This document shows, one piece after another, positions 9,598-19,700 of a DNA stretch of 39,326 nucleotides. The first letter of the stretch is position 1. Each line of letters begins with the position of its first letter. The notes beneath the pieces were generated by a model. It had not been told where the DNA came from. It was given only the letters and a program-made list of their open reading frames with translations, and did not search any database. The translations under genes and the position numbers were made by a program. This stretch comes from an uncultured Candidatus Saccharibacteria bacterium (GTDB lineage: Bacteria > Patescibacteriota > Minisyncoccia > UBA6257 > GWB1-50-10), in assembly GCA_964525595.1 (NCBI GenBank), contig CAZGHF010000004.1:1-39326 (forward strand), written 5' to 3'.

Positions 9598-9915
9598 ATG
9601 GACGAGAAAATTTTGGAGCAAATAAAACCCGGAGCGAAAATAAAGCTCTGGGAAAAAATCAAGGAGGGCAAGAAAACCCGGGAAACTCCTTTTGAGGGGA
9701 TAGTAATTGCCAGAAAGCATGGCGGGGAAGCCGGGGCGACCTTTACCGTCCGGACCACTCTTCAGGATGTCGGTGTTGAGAAAATTTATCCGATTCACTC
9801 GCCGAACATTTCCAGGGTTAAAATACTGTCGTCTCCCAAGAAAATTCACCGTTCAAAACTCTACTATCTCCGCGGCCTCTCACCAAAGAAGATAAGAGAG
9901 AAACTTAAAAAATAA
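9598..9915 (+). CDS. rplS: 50S ribosomal protein L19
   Basis: KIKEGKKTRETPFEGIVIAR..ATFTVR..GVEKIYPIHSP..RSKLYYLR. Confidence 0.95.
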   Translation: MDEKILEQIKPGAKIKLWEKIKEGKKTRETPFEGIVIARKHGGEAGATFTVRTTLQDVGVEKIYPIHSPNISRVKILSSPKKIHRSKLYYLRGLSPKKIREKLKK

Positions 9916-9919
9916 AAAC

Positions 9920-10003
9920 GCCCAGATGGCGGAATTGGTATACGCAATAGGTTGAGGGCCTATGTCTCTATGAGGCGTGTGGGTTCGAGTCCCACTCTGG
10001 GCA
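9920..10003 (+). tRNA. tRNA-Leu(GAG)
   Basis: GCCCAGA/TCTGGGC-A, D-loop GGAATTGGTA, anticodon arm ATAGG-TTGAGGG-CCTAT, long variable arm, GGTTCGAGTCC. Confidence 0.95.
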
Positions 10004-10010
10004 CAAAACA

Positions 10011-10044
10011 AAAAACCGGCTCAAACACGTTTGAGCCGGTTTTT
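10011..10044 (+). terminator. Terminator hairpin after tRNA-Leu
   Basis: AAAAACCGGCTCAAAC-AC-GTTTGAGCCGGTTTTT perfect inverted repeat. Confidence 0.8.
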
Positions 10045-10130
10045 AATCCGGGGAATTTGAGATTTTTCCGGATATCAGTTAATCTTGATTTCAGCAACCT
10101 ATCATTATCTCAGGAGAAAGGAACGTCAAG

Positions 10131-10778
10131 ATGAGCAGAAACGCGCTTTTGTCGGTCTCTGACAAGGCTGACATCGTGGAGTTCACCCGCGGCTTGGTTG
10201 CCCTCGACTGGAGAATCATTTCCACAGGTGGGACGGCGCGGAAGCTTCAGGAAGCCGATCTTCCCGTCACGGACATCGCCGAAATCTCCGGCGTGTCGGC
10301 GATTCTCGGTGATCGTGTGAAGACGCTCGTTCCCCATGTTCATGGCGGCCTGCTCGCCACGGAAGGGCACCGCGAAGAACTAAACGAGCTCGTCTATCCG
10401 TGGATTGACCTCCTCTGTGTGGACTTCTACCCCCTCGAGAAGGAAATAAGGCGGGCCGGTGCAACCAGAGAGTCGGTCATCGAGGAGACGGACATTGGCG
10501 GGCCGGCCATGGCTCGTTCGGCCGCCAAGGGGCGACGCATCGTCATCGTCGATCCTGCCGACCGCAGCATGGTTCTTCGCTGGCTCGAGTCGGGTGAGCC
10601 GAACGACGAGCGATTCCGGGACTTGCTTGCCGCAAAGGCAGAGGCGGTGGTGGCTGCTTACTGCCTGAAGTCCGCCAGTTACCATTCCAGCGGTCTCATC
10701 GACGGCCGGGTCGTTTTCTCAACATCCATGGCGGATGAACTGAAGCGTCTCGCCTCCGGCGAAGTCGGTGCTCAGTAA
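10131..10778 (+). CDS. purH: IMP cyclohydrolase (MGS-like N-terminal domain of PurH only)
   Basis: ALLSVSDK, IISTGGTARKL, DRVKTL.PHVHGGLLA, DLLCVDFYP, DIGGPAMARSAAK; no AICAR transformylase domain. Confidence 0.85.
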   Translation: MSRNALLSVSDKADIVEFTRGLVALDWRIISTGGTARKLQEADLPVTDIAEISGVSAILGDRVKTLVPHVHGGLLATEGHREELNELVYPWIDLLCVDFYPLEKEIRRAGATRESVIEETDIGGPAMARSAAKGRRIVIVDPADRSMVLRWLESGEPNDERFRDLLAAKAEAVVAAYCLKSASYHSSGLIDGRVVFSTSMADELKRLASGEVGAQ

Positions 10779-10802
10779 CCGCCACCAGGAAAGAAGAGCA
10801 AG

Positions 10803-10835
10803 AAGGGGCTCGTAGCCAAATTGGTTACGAGCCCC
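10803..10835 (+). terminator. Hairpin after purH, copy 1
   Basis: GGGGCTCGTAGCCA-AAT-TGGTTACGAGCCCC; near-identical copy at 13408-13440. Confidence 0.7.
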
Positions 10836-10947
10836 GAATATTTTTGGCTAAAACGGGTGAGGTGTTACGACGCGTCATAACTAGGATTTTATTGGCGGGG
10901 AGTTATAATGAAAATCTGTAATTAAATGCGGAGTATGAGCTGAATTG

Positions 10948-12156
10948 ATGAAAAAGAAGCTTCAGTCAAACATTTGGAAATACACCCTTCTTCTTATTGC
11001 AAATAAGCGGATTTTTGTCGCGATTCTGGGAGCTTACTACTTAACGATTCCCGGCGTTGCCCCGCAGGGAATCGGTATCATCCTGCTTGCGGGGAGCCTT
11101 GCGGGATTTTTATTTGAAATTCCAAGCGGATATGTATCCGACAAAATCGGGCATAAGACGGCGCTTGTATTGTCCAGGCTGTTAATGTTCACATCAACTC
11201 TTTTTTTCCTCTTTGCAAACAATATAACTTTTCTTATCCTTGGAGGAGTTTTCTTGAGTACGTCAATCGCTTTTCACAGCGGGACCGGTGGTGCTTTTAT
11301 GCACGAGACCCTGCGGGGACTGAAAAGAGAAAATGAATACGCAAAAGTAATGGGAAAGGTGGGTTCAATAGGATTTGCGGTTCCCATCGTATTAACGGTA
11401 CTCATACCTTTTCTTGTAAGTATAAGTTTTAAGGTTCCGTTTCTGGTAGCGCTTGTCGTTGATGTCGTCGGTATATTAGCGGCTTTACTTTTGGTTACCC
11501 CTCCCGTTTCACAGGAAGAAATTGATGAAATAAAACTTACTAAGTTTGGTCAGGTTATGAGAGAAGGACATCGTCTGAATTTTTTCATTTTTGCGCTGTT
11601 TTCGGGAATTGTAGGCGGCACGCTCTTTAGTGTCGGCGGATTTCGGGCGCCGTATCAGATGTTTCTGGAAGTGCCCGTGATTTGGTATGGAGTGTTTTTC
11701 GGTGCGGGGAGATTATTCGCTTCGCTTATGATAGCGTATAGCGGGAAAATCAGAGAGAAGGTTTCTTTGTTTTCATTGTATAAATTCCGGTTGATTCTTT
11801 ACACGTTTCTTATTCTCGTTTTAGGCCTTGTCTCAAGTTGGCAGATTATTGTTGTTACATTCATCGTAATAAACGCGTTTCAGTGGGGATTGAGTAAGGT
11901 GGGAGAGAGTTATCTAATTGATATTATCAGAACCAGCAAATTCAAAGCCACGCTGTTGTCAATTCGTTCACAAATTCATCAAGTTGTTGCTGCGGCAGCC
12001 AGCTTTGGCGTCGGTTTTTCAATTGAGCGTTTGTCGTATCAATCCGGGTTTTTGTGCTTGGGATTGATTTTCTTTGCGGTTTTATTCCCCTTGTATTTAT
12101 ACATAACCAGCAAGCATAAGGAGATTAATATTGCCCTGAAGAGGTTAGACGGTTAG
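10948..12156 (+). CDS. MFS transporter
   Basis: ~12 TM, EIPSGYVSDKIGHK MFS motif A. Confidence 0.9.
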   Translation: MKKKLQSNIWKYTLLLIANKRIFVAILGAYYLTIPGVAPQGIGIILLAGSLAGFLFEIPSGYVSDKIGHKTALVLSRLLMFTSTLFFLFANNITFLILGGVFLSTSIAFHSGTGGAFMHETLRGLKRENEYAKVMGKVGSIGFAVPIVLTVLIPFLVSISFKVPFLVALVVDVVGILAALLLVTPPVSQEEIDEIKLTKFGQVMREGHRLNFFIFALFSGIVGGTLFSVGGFRAPYQMFLEVPVIWYGVFFGAGRLFASLMIAYSGKIREKVSLFSLYKFRLILYTFLILVLGLVSSWQIIVVTFIVINAFQWGLSKVGESYLIDIIRTSKFKATLLSIRSQIHQVVAAAASFGVGFSIERLSYQSGFLCLGLIFFAVLFPLYLYITSKHKEINIALKRLDG

Positions 12157-12167
12157 AAACAACCGGG

Positions 12168-12216
12168 AGGCGGTTTTTTGGCCGGGTTTTTAGCCAAAAC
12201 CCTTGAGTTTCCTTAC
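12168..12216 (+). repeat. 49-bp direct repeat copy 1 (contains the purM -35 box TTGAGT)
   Basis: AGGCGGTTTTTTGGCCGGGTTTTTAGCCAAAACCCTTGAGTTTCCTTAC; 48/49 identical to 13517-13565. Confidence 0.9.
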
Positions 12217-12272
12217 AAACCTCATTAGTATGGTTTTAGCAATTCGTTAACTTTCGGAAAAGGAGTAGCCCG

Positions 12273-13391
12273 ATGACGGAGCAGATGACGTACGCCGGCG
12301 TTGGCGTGGATTACGACGCGATGGATCCGTTCAAGCGGATGGCTCAACTTGCCGGTCGTGAAACTGCGGCGAACATCAATCGTTTCGCTGACGGTGAGTT
12401 TCGGGAAGTTGAGGCGAGCCGCGGCGAGAGTACCTATCTCATTGAGACGCCGTTCGGTTTTCTCGCTCACGTTGAAGAGGGTCTTGGCACCAAGAATCTC
12501 GTCGCTGACGCGATGTATGCCTTGACCGGTCAGTTGTATTACGGCCAAGCTGCTCGATGCACTGTGGCGATGATCGTGAATGACTTAATCACGCTTGGCG
12601 CCCTTCCTCTCTCGGTTGCGATGCATCTTGCCGTCGGCGACTCAAGCTGGTTCGAAGACGAGGCGAGGTGTCGCGACCTCGTAGAAGGCTGGAAGAAAGC
12701 ATGTCACTTGGCACGCTGTGTCTGGGGAGGCGGTGAGACGCCGACCTTGAAGGACGTTGTCATGCCGGGAACGTTCGTTCTCTCTGGCTCGGCGATGGGA
12801 ATCGTGGAGTCGAAGGAACGGCTCATCAGTGCAGAGAATATCCAGCACGGCGACGCGATTGTCTTCATCGAGAGTTCCGGTATTCACGCGAACGGTCTTA
12901 CGATGGCAAGGAGAATCGGCGAAAGGGAAGGTTCGTCCTATCTCACCCAACTTGGAGATGGACGGACCTATGGAGAGACGCTTCTTGACCCCACGCACAT
13001 CTATGTCGGGCTCGTCGAGGATTGTCTCAATCGCGGAGTGGATATCCACTACGCAGTGAACGTCACGGGGCATGGCTGGCGTAAACTCATGCGAGCACCG
13101 CAGCCGTTCGCTTACATCATCGAGTGCCTGCCGAGTCAACTTCCGATTTTCGACTTTCTGCAGGAGCATGGTCCGGTGGATGACTACGAGGCCTACGGTA
13201 ATTTCAACATGGGTGCGGGCTTCGCGCTCTATGTGTCGGACACTGATGTGGACACGGTTCTGCAGGTTGCCGCTTCGTACGGACTTGGTGCACTCTGGGC
13301 CGGATACATCGAGCAAAGCGGTAAGAGGAAGAAGGTTGTCATCAAGCCGAAGAGCCTCGAGTACGCGGGGAAAACACTCGGCGTTCGGTGA
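12273..13391 (+). CDS. purM: Phosphoribosylformylglycinamidine cyclo-ligase (AIR synthetase)
   Basis: MTYAGVGVD, EGLGTK, VAMIVNDL, GGETP, SSGIHANG, NVTGHG, FNMGAGF. Confidence 0.9.
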   Translation: MTEQMTYAGVGVDYDAMDPFKRMAQLAGRETAANINRFADGEFREVEASRGESTYLIETPFGFLAHVEEGLGTKNLVADAMYALTGQLYYGQAARCTVAMIVNDLITLGALPLSVAMHLAVGDSSWFEDEARCRDLVEGWKKACHLARCVWGGGETPTLKDVVMPGTFVLSGSAMGIVESKERLISAENIQHGDAIVFIESSGIHANGLTMARRIGEREGSSYLTQLGDGRTYGETLLDPTHIYVGLVEDCLNRGVDIHYAVNVTGHGWRKLMRAPQPFAYIIECLPSQLPIFDFLQEHGPVDDYEAYGNFNMGAGFALYVSDTDVDTVLQVAASYGLGALWAGYIEQSGKRKKVVIKPKSLEYAGKTLGVR

Positions 13392-13407
13392 CCACAAACA
13401 CAAAGCA

Positions 13408-13440
13408 AAGGGGCTCGTAACCAAATTAGTTACGAGCCCC
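13408..13440 (+). terminator. Hairpin after purM, copy 2
   Basis: GGGGCTCGTAACCAAATTAGTTACGAGCCCC, 2 differences from the purH copy. Confidence 0.7.
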
Positions 13441-13447
13441 TATACGT

Positions 13448-13496
13448 TTACGTAAAGATTTACCCGCCCGTAGCCTTGGCGAAGGAGGGGAGGGTT
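13448..13496 (-). repeat. 49-bp inverted repeat, left arm (contains REP-like element)
   Basis: TTACGTAAAGATTTACCCGCCCGTAGCCTTGGCGAAGGAGGGGAGGGTT is the reverse complement (48/49) of 21831-21879. Confidence 0.9.
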
Positions 13497-13516
13497 GGAG
13501 AAAATAAGCCGCCGAA

Positions 13517-13565
13517 AGGCGGTTTTTTGGCCGGGTTTTTAGCCAAAGCCCTTGAGTTTCCTTAC
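13517..13565 (+). repeat. 49-bp direct repeat copy 2
   Basis: Matches 12168-12216 with one mismatch. Confidence 0.9.
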
Positions 13566-13773
13566 TATTGACATAAAGTTAGTTAAGTATAATATGCAAA
13601 TATATTAAAGGTCGAATTAGTGCGATAAATATGGGCATTTTGGGATGAATTAGTCGAATATTCTCAAATTGCCACCTACTAAAAGAAACAATTAAAGGAT
13701 GGTTTGGCTGATTTGGGTGGGGTCGTATACACCTAAACCAACCAAACTATTTAAATAAATTAATAAAAAAAAT

Positions 13774-16700
13774 ATGAATTACCAAAATAAAACACTCAAA
13801 ATTTCGTCTTTCTCTAGTTCAAAAGTTATTAGAACGTCGTCTCTTGTATTTATAGCCGCAGCGTTAATCGTTGGCGGTTTTTTTGCGCCCAATTTGGCTT
13901 TGGCGGCAGCAACGGTTACGCCAGCAGGTGGCGGTACTAACATTTCTATTGACACGACGTCTGTTGGCGCAACCCCGAGTTTTACGCTTTTAAGTGGTCC
14001 TACTATTACCGAAACTGCGCCCGGGGATATTTCTGCTGGTACTCACACTATTACACTGCCTGCTGGTTGGAAATTTGATACTAGCCAAGTTGTTAAAGTT
14101 AATGGGGGGGCTTTTATCCCAACAACTCAAGACGCAGTGATAACTGATACTACTTTGTCATTTACTATAACAGGGATTTCTAGTAGTCCTGGTGTTTTAA
14201 GCTTCATTTCTGATTTAAGTGGAAATAGTATCAAAGTTATGCCAACTGGGACTGAGTCAGGAATTTCTGGTGATATGACTCATTCCGGTGCGGTTATTGC
14301 CGGTGTAACAGATGGAAGCACGCCTTTTGGGACGCTTTCAACGGTGGCTGGCACAGTTACGCAACTTGCGTTTACAGAACAACCTGTTAATACAGAATAC
14401 GGCTCAGTTTTGAGTCCATCGCTAGTAGTTGAAACCCAAGATCAATTTGGCAATCATTCCACAAGCGGACTTGGTGAAAATCTTGATGTAACGCTAGCTG
14501 TTACATTGGGAGACGGAGTATTACAAGGAACAGCAACAATTGACATTGGAGCAAATGGCGGTGTCGCAATTTACACTGACTTGTATGTGGATACAGTAGG
14601 TGCTGGAAAGCAATTGACAGCTTCCGCTACAGGTTTGACTTCTGCTGTCAGTAATTCTTTTGAGGTAACTCAAAAAACTCTTACCGCAACAGTTACTGCT
14701 GATGACAAAATTTATAATGGTGACAATATAGCTATAGTTACTGCGACTGATATTTCGGATGGATTGGTATATGGCGATGTCGTAACCGCTGATATTGGAA
14801 TTTCAGCGACCTTCTCTGATGAAAACGCAGGAACAGGAAAAACAGTAACTGCAGCAGGAATTATTTTAAGTGGCGATAAAAAAATAAACTATAGTTTTAG
14901 TGGGGAAGGGACAGGTACAGCAGATATTAATCCACTGCCAATCATCGTTACTCCGACCGCAGGACAGACCAAAATTTATGGTAACGATGACCTAACATTC
15001 ACTTATGACTTTGCCCCTGATTTAATCGGAGCTGATACTTTCATCAGTGTTTTAGGTCGTGTTGTGGGTGAAAATGTCGGTACTTACGCTTATACTCTCG
15101 GCGATTTGTCTGCTGGCGGTAACTACACTTTGGCTCTTGTTCCGGAAACATTTGAAATTACAGCAAGAACTCTTAATGTTACAGCAACTGGAGTAGACAA
15201 AGTTTACGATGCTAATACGACTGCCGAGGTCATCCTTTTAGACGATAGAGTTGACGGAGATAATGTAACGCTCGGATACACAGCAGCTTTTACTGATGAA
15301 GATGTTGGTAATGGTAAATCTGTCAGCATCTCTAATATCTCTATCACAGGTGGCGTTGACGGTGGTAATTATAGTCTTGGTAGTGTGCCGACCAATACGA
15401 CAGCTGATATTACAGCTAAAGAACTTACAGTTGATAATTCAATAGTTACATCTAAAACATATGATGGTACTAAAGTAGCTGTTATTACAGGCGCTACTTT
15501 AGTGGGAGTAATAGGTGATGATACTGTTGAGATTGCAACTCATGAATTTGGTACCTTTGACACTAAAAATGTTGGTACAAACAAATCCGTTGCTATGGCG
15601 ATAACAATTACTGGTGCTGACGGAGGTAACTATACTGTAACCCAACCAATCTTAACCGGTAATATTGCTAAAAAAGAAGTCACTCTTACTGCTATTGCTA
15701 ATGAAAAAATTTACGATGGAGGTATGATGGCTGTGGCAACACCGGAACTTACGGGAGAATTAGCTCCCGACGATAATGGTGTCTATATTGAAACTTACGG
15801 TGATAAGAATGTTGGTACTTCAAAAACACTTACACCGGCTGTAGTTTCGATTGTGGATGATGCAAGCGCTGATATGACTGGCAACTATAATGTAACTTTA
15901 ACATCTGCCGATCTTGGTACAATCACTCACGCCCTGCTTACTGCTACCGTTACGGTTGAAAATAAAGTTGTTGATGGTAGCGATTCGGCAACAATTACTG
16001 GCCGCACTCTTATTAGTGTGGTTTCAGGCGATGATGTCACTGCCGAGGGTGGTACAGCAATCTTTGCTGGGGTAACTGTTGGTACACATGATGTTTCAGC
16101 TGCTGGTATTACTATTACAGGCGCCGACGCTAGCAATTACTCTTATGATGGTCCAGCGGCAGGAACAGGAAATATTCTCCCAGTACCAACGGTAGTTTAT
16201 GTAGATGGTAGCTGGGCTGGAACAACAGCATGGGAAGACCCAGATGGTGCAGGTCCAGCAACTTATTATGGCTACGACGCTTTTGCTGATATCCAAGAAG
16301 CTATTGGTGCAGTTGAGGTTAGCGGTACAGTTAATGTTGCTGCAGGAACATACGTTGAAAGCTTAACAGTTGATAAAACACTCTCAATTATTGGTGTAGG
16401 AGATACAGCAATACTTGCTCCAGTTCAAGATTCAGATGGAATTGCTATCGCTGCTAACAATGTATTAATTCAAGATTTGAAAATAGTTACATCAAGCTCT
16501 GGTGCTGACTCAAATATGGCGATAAAGATAGAAGGAACAGATTCAGTTACAATCTCCGGAACAATAATTGAAACAACCGGGAATAAAGCACTGGGTATAT
16601 GGATTGGCACATCTGCGTCAACAAATCTAAACATAGTAGACAACATAATTACAATAAATGGGAAATCAACTGGAATATATACCGGTAATGTTAACCCCGC

Positions 16701-19700
16701 ACATTCAACATGGACAATATCTGGAAATACAATAAGTGCACCAAACGCTGGTGTTAATTTAGAATTGTATGATGTTAATAATGTTACTGTTTCTGGAAAT
16801 ACTTTTGGAGTATCGGGAAGCGTGAGTTTAACCTATTCTTCTGAAATATCTGATGTTTCTGGATTAGTTTTACAAAACAATATATTTAATGGCAATGGAG
16901 ATATTGCTGGAGTAACCCCTACAGTTTGGATAGAATCGGGTTTCACGGCAGGAGATGGGCTTACAACTGTTTCAGGAATTACAATAACTGGTAACACTTT
17001 TAATGATTGGGTAAATACAGCCATTAAAATTGGAGAAGTAGATTCAAGTTCGCCATATAGTAAGGTTTCTGGAGTAACTATTAACCAAAATAAATTCTTG
17101 AAAACAAACCCCGCAAGCATACTAGAAAGTTATATATCAGAATCTGTTAATGCTGAAAATAACTATTGGGGAACGGCTGTTTTGGCAACAATTGACACAA
17201 AAACAACTGGAATGATTGACCATGATCCTTACTGGGTCAATGTAGGAAAAACAATTTTAAGTTCTACTGCAGTAGATGCTGTATATGTGGATGATAATTA
17301 TTCAGATGGTAATTCTGGCCTGCATTACTTTGGTTATGATGCTTTTGCAACAATCCAAGAAGGTGTTGATGCGGTTGCTACTGCTGGAACCATTACTGTT
17401 ACTGCTGGAACCTACGATGAACAAGTACTTATTGATAAAAGCCTAACACTACAAGGTGCTGGAGATACTACAATCATACAGCCTCCTGCAGTGGAATTGA
17501 CGGTTACATCTAACATTCCTTGGATTGGTGGTGGCTCTAGTACAATGTCGACAATAGTTTCTGTTGAAACCACAGGCGGCACTGTTACAGTGAAAAATCT
17601 AAAGATCGATGGTTCTCTAATTCCAAGTAAATCAACTACGTGGCTTGCTGGTCTAGTTTATCTTGAGACCAGCGGTACAATAGATTCTGTGACAGTCATT
17701 GGAAACCCAGATATGGCTGATCGTACTGCGGGCATATTTGCCGCTGCTACAACTAATCCTGTTACCTTAGAGGTAACTGGGTGCACTGTAGAAGTCTATA
17801 CTAGGGCAGGTATATACGCTCTTGGTGGAACAATGACAGCTGACTATCATCACAACGAGATTAACGGTCCAGGAGACTCTTCAGCAGGAGTTCCTAATGG
17901 AATGTTCTTCCTTGAGGGTGCAAAAGGTTCAGCCACTTACAACACAGTTACAGATCTATCATATACTGGAGATCCAATATATAAGAGCACAGGTATAGGA
18001 ACCTATAATGCTGGAACTGGAATTGTATTCAGCAATAATGAAATCTTCTATGTTCAGAATGCTTTTGCTCTATCCACAGGTACTAGTGGCACAACAGTCG
18101 AATATAACGATGTTCATGACAGCCATACAGGTGTAAAGCTTGAGGCAGGAGTTACCAACAGCATCATCCAGTACAATGACATATACGACAATGATTTTGC
18201 AATACGTGGTGATGATGATATGGGAGATGGTAATGTAGTTCACTTCAATAACTTTACTGGCAATATGGGCGCTGAGGAAATCGTTTCAGGAAGCACTTAC
18301 ATAGGTGCTATCAGCAATATTCACGCAACATACATACTTAATACCACTAATAACTGGTGGGGTCATCAAGATGGACCACAACATTTTACTAACCCAGGTG
18401 CAGATGAAAGTGCTGATAGTGTAAGTGATAATGTTCTCTTTCGCCCATGGTGTACTGAATCAACTTGTACTGTCGAAGATAACGATTCTCCAACTGTGGA
18501 AATTTCTTCAATCGAGACTTCACCAACAAACGCTTCACCAATTCCAATAACAATCACATTCAGTGAAAATGTGACTGACTTAATAGCGGATGAAATTATT
18601 GTAACTAACGGAAGTAAAGGATCTCTGGTTGGATCTGGATCTGACTATAGTATTGATGTAACTCCTGTTGGTGATGAAGAAGTCGCTGTAAATGTTGCGG
18701 GAAGTGTAGCTTGGGATCTGGCTGGAAATTATAACATAGCCGCTACTACCGAGTTTAGCATTACCTTTGACTCAGCTGTTCCAGAACTCACCTCAGTATC
18801 AATCGCTTCAAATAACTTCGATACAACCCTTGCTATGGTGGGTGATGTAGTTACATTATTATTTACTTCTGACGAAGCCATTGATACTCCGATTGTAACT
18901 ATCGCAGAAAATTCAACTGTAGTGAGCGGAGGTCCAACTGATTGGACGGCTACTTATACAATGGCAGGGGGCGATACAGAAGGTTTGGTTGCATTTGCAA
19001 TTGATTTCGCTGACTTAGCTGGAAACAATGGCGCTACTGTAATAACTGTAGATGATGCAAGTAGTGTTACGTTTGACAAAACTGCTCCTACTGTAACGTT
19101 AACCTCAATTGCAGGCGATGGATACATTAATGATTCAGAAAAAGCTGCTATTCATGTAATTGGAACAGCCGAAGCAGATTCTACCGTCAATGTTTCCTTA
19201 ACCGGTGGAGCTACTGTTAGTGGTAGCGGTACAGCTACAGGAGGTGATTATGATATTACGATAGATGGAACGACATTAACTGACGGCACGATTACTCCAT
19301 CAGTTACAGCAACGGATGCGACAGGAAATGTAAGCACTGCGATAGTTATTCCTGTTGCGGTTAAAGATATAGTCGCTCCAACTGTTGTTTCTCACACACC
19401 AGGAGTTAATGCGGTTAATGTTGAGAGCGGGGCAGTTACGATAACTTTCAGTGATAATATGAATGTTGATCAAGGAGACATAACATTTGGTCCAGAAGCT
19501 ACGTATGCAATTGGTGGAAATGGTACTAATGTTATAACTTTGACACCAGACTCAATTCTTGATAGTAACACTGTTTATACAATGACTGTTACAACAACTG
19601 CTACTGACGAAGTAGGCAATGCTGTAGTTGGGTATGATTGGCAATTTACAACCGCGACTCTTTATGACATAGCACTTAATGCATCAAGTGGTGGATGGAA

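Noticed and set aside
10086-10130. ZTP or purine riboswitch ahead of purH (or purM)
   Set aside because: Predicted leaders are only ~40 nt with no recognisable aptamer.
12642-13424. 260-aa minus-strand ORF (and similar long antisense ORFs at 2810-3394, 3490-3888, 38034-38696)
   Set aside because: Antisense shadows of GC-rich sense genes with no recognisable motifs.
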